From assembly GCA_964577515.1 (NCBI GenBank), contig CAZNZN010000001.1, positions 876 through 64,875 on the forward strand: a stretch of 64,000 nt of DNA, written 5' to 3'. The stretch comes from an uncultured Candidatus Saccharibacteria bacterium (GTDB lineage: Bacteria > Patescibacteriota > Minisyncoccia > Phycocordibacterales > UBA9973). Position numbers and translations under genes: made by a program. Positions 63,975 through 64,000 of this stretch are shown here, piece after piece. The notes beneath the pieces were generated by a model that searched no databases, was not told where the DNA came from, and worked only from the letters and a program-made list of their open reading frames with translations. Positions within the stretch are counted from its first letter, which is position 1. Each line of letters starts with the position of its first letter.

Positions 63975-64000
63975 ATGGCAATTATTAAACAGAAAGAACA
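63975..64000 (+). CDS. 5' fragment of the next gene (MAIIKQKE...), runs off the window
   Basis: ATG 63975 open to the window end; too short to assign. Confidence 0.35.

Noticed and set aside
1-64000. UGA recoding (code 25), CRISPR arrays, rRNA, IS elements
   Set aside because: Conserved genes are uninterrupted in code 11 and some (recJ, yraN) end in TGA; no repeat-spacer arrays, rRNA motifs or transposase motifs seen

Overview
A 64-kb stretch of core bacterial chromosome (genetic code 11). It looks like a Patescibacteria/CPR genome, probably Parcubacteria; this is inferred from the missing rpmD between rpsE and rplO, tRNA-Arg(UCG), a trigger factor without its PPIase domain, split ComEC and a stand-alone coupling-protein ATPase. 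It holds infC-rpmI-rplT, the str/S10/spc ribosomal cluster (minus strand, broken up by inserted single genes), competence and type IV pilus genes, pgk/tpiA, nusA, tig/clpP/rny, HU, five CCA-less tRNAs, the CCA-adding enzyme, xth, a Xer-type recombinase and rpsO. I saw no rRNA, CRISPR array, transposase or prophage. Main observations: (1) a non-canonical Shine-Dalgarno-like motif AGAGTT, often fused to the upstream stop codon, before nine ribosomal-protein genes, which predicts an altered 16S anti-SD; (2) widespread leaderless promoters, including a perfect 38-bp palindrome running from the recJ start codon to the HIT start codon; (3) orphan single-gene units with terminator-fused TTGAC promoters, including a lone LpxC-like deacetylase, plus a fatty-acid desaturase and a Bacteroidota-style lipoprotein, which together may target a Gram-negative host's lipids; (4) about eight parS-like sites, five inside the cca coding sequence, next to a perfect DnaA box; (5) micro-ORFs missed by the ORF track, including a C2HC zinc finger; (6) an HTH/LAGLIDADG-like gene whose stop codon abuts tRNA-Gly. 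All assignments are by eye from motifs; no database searches were run.
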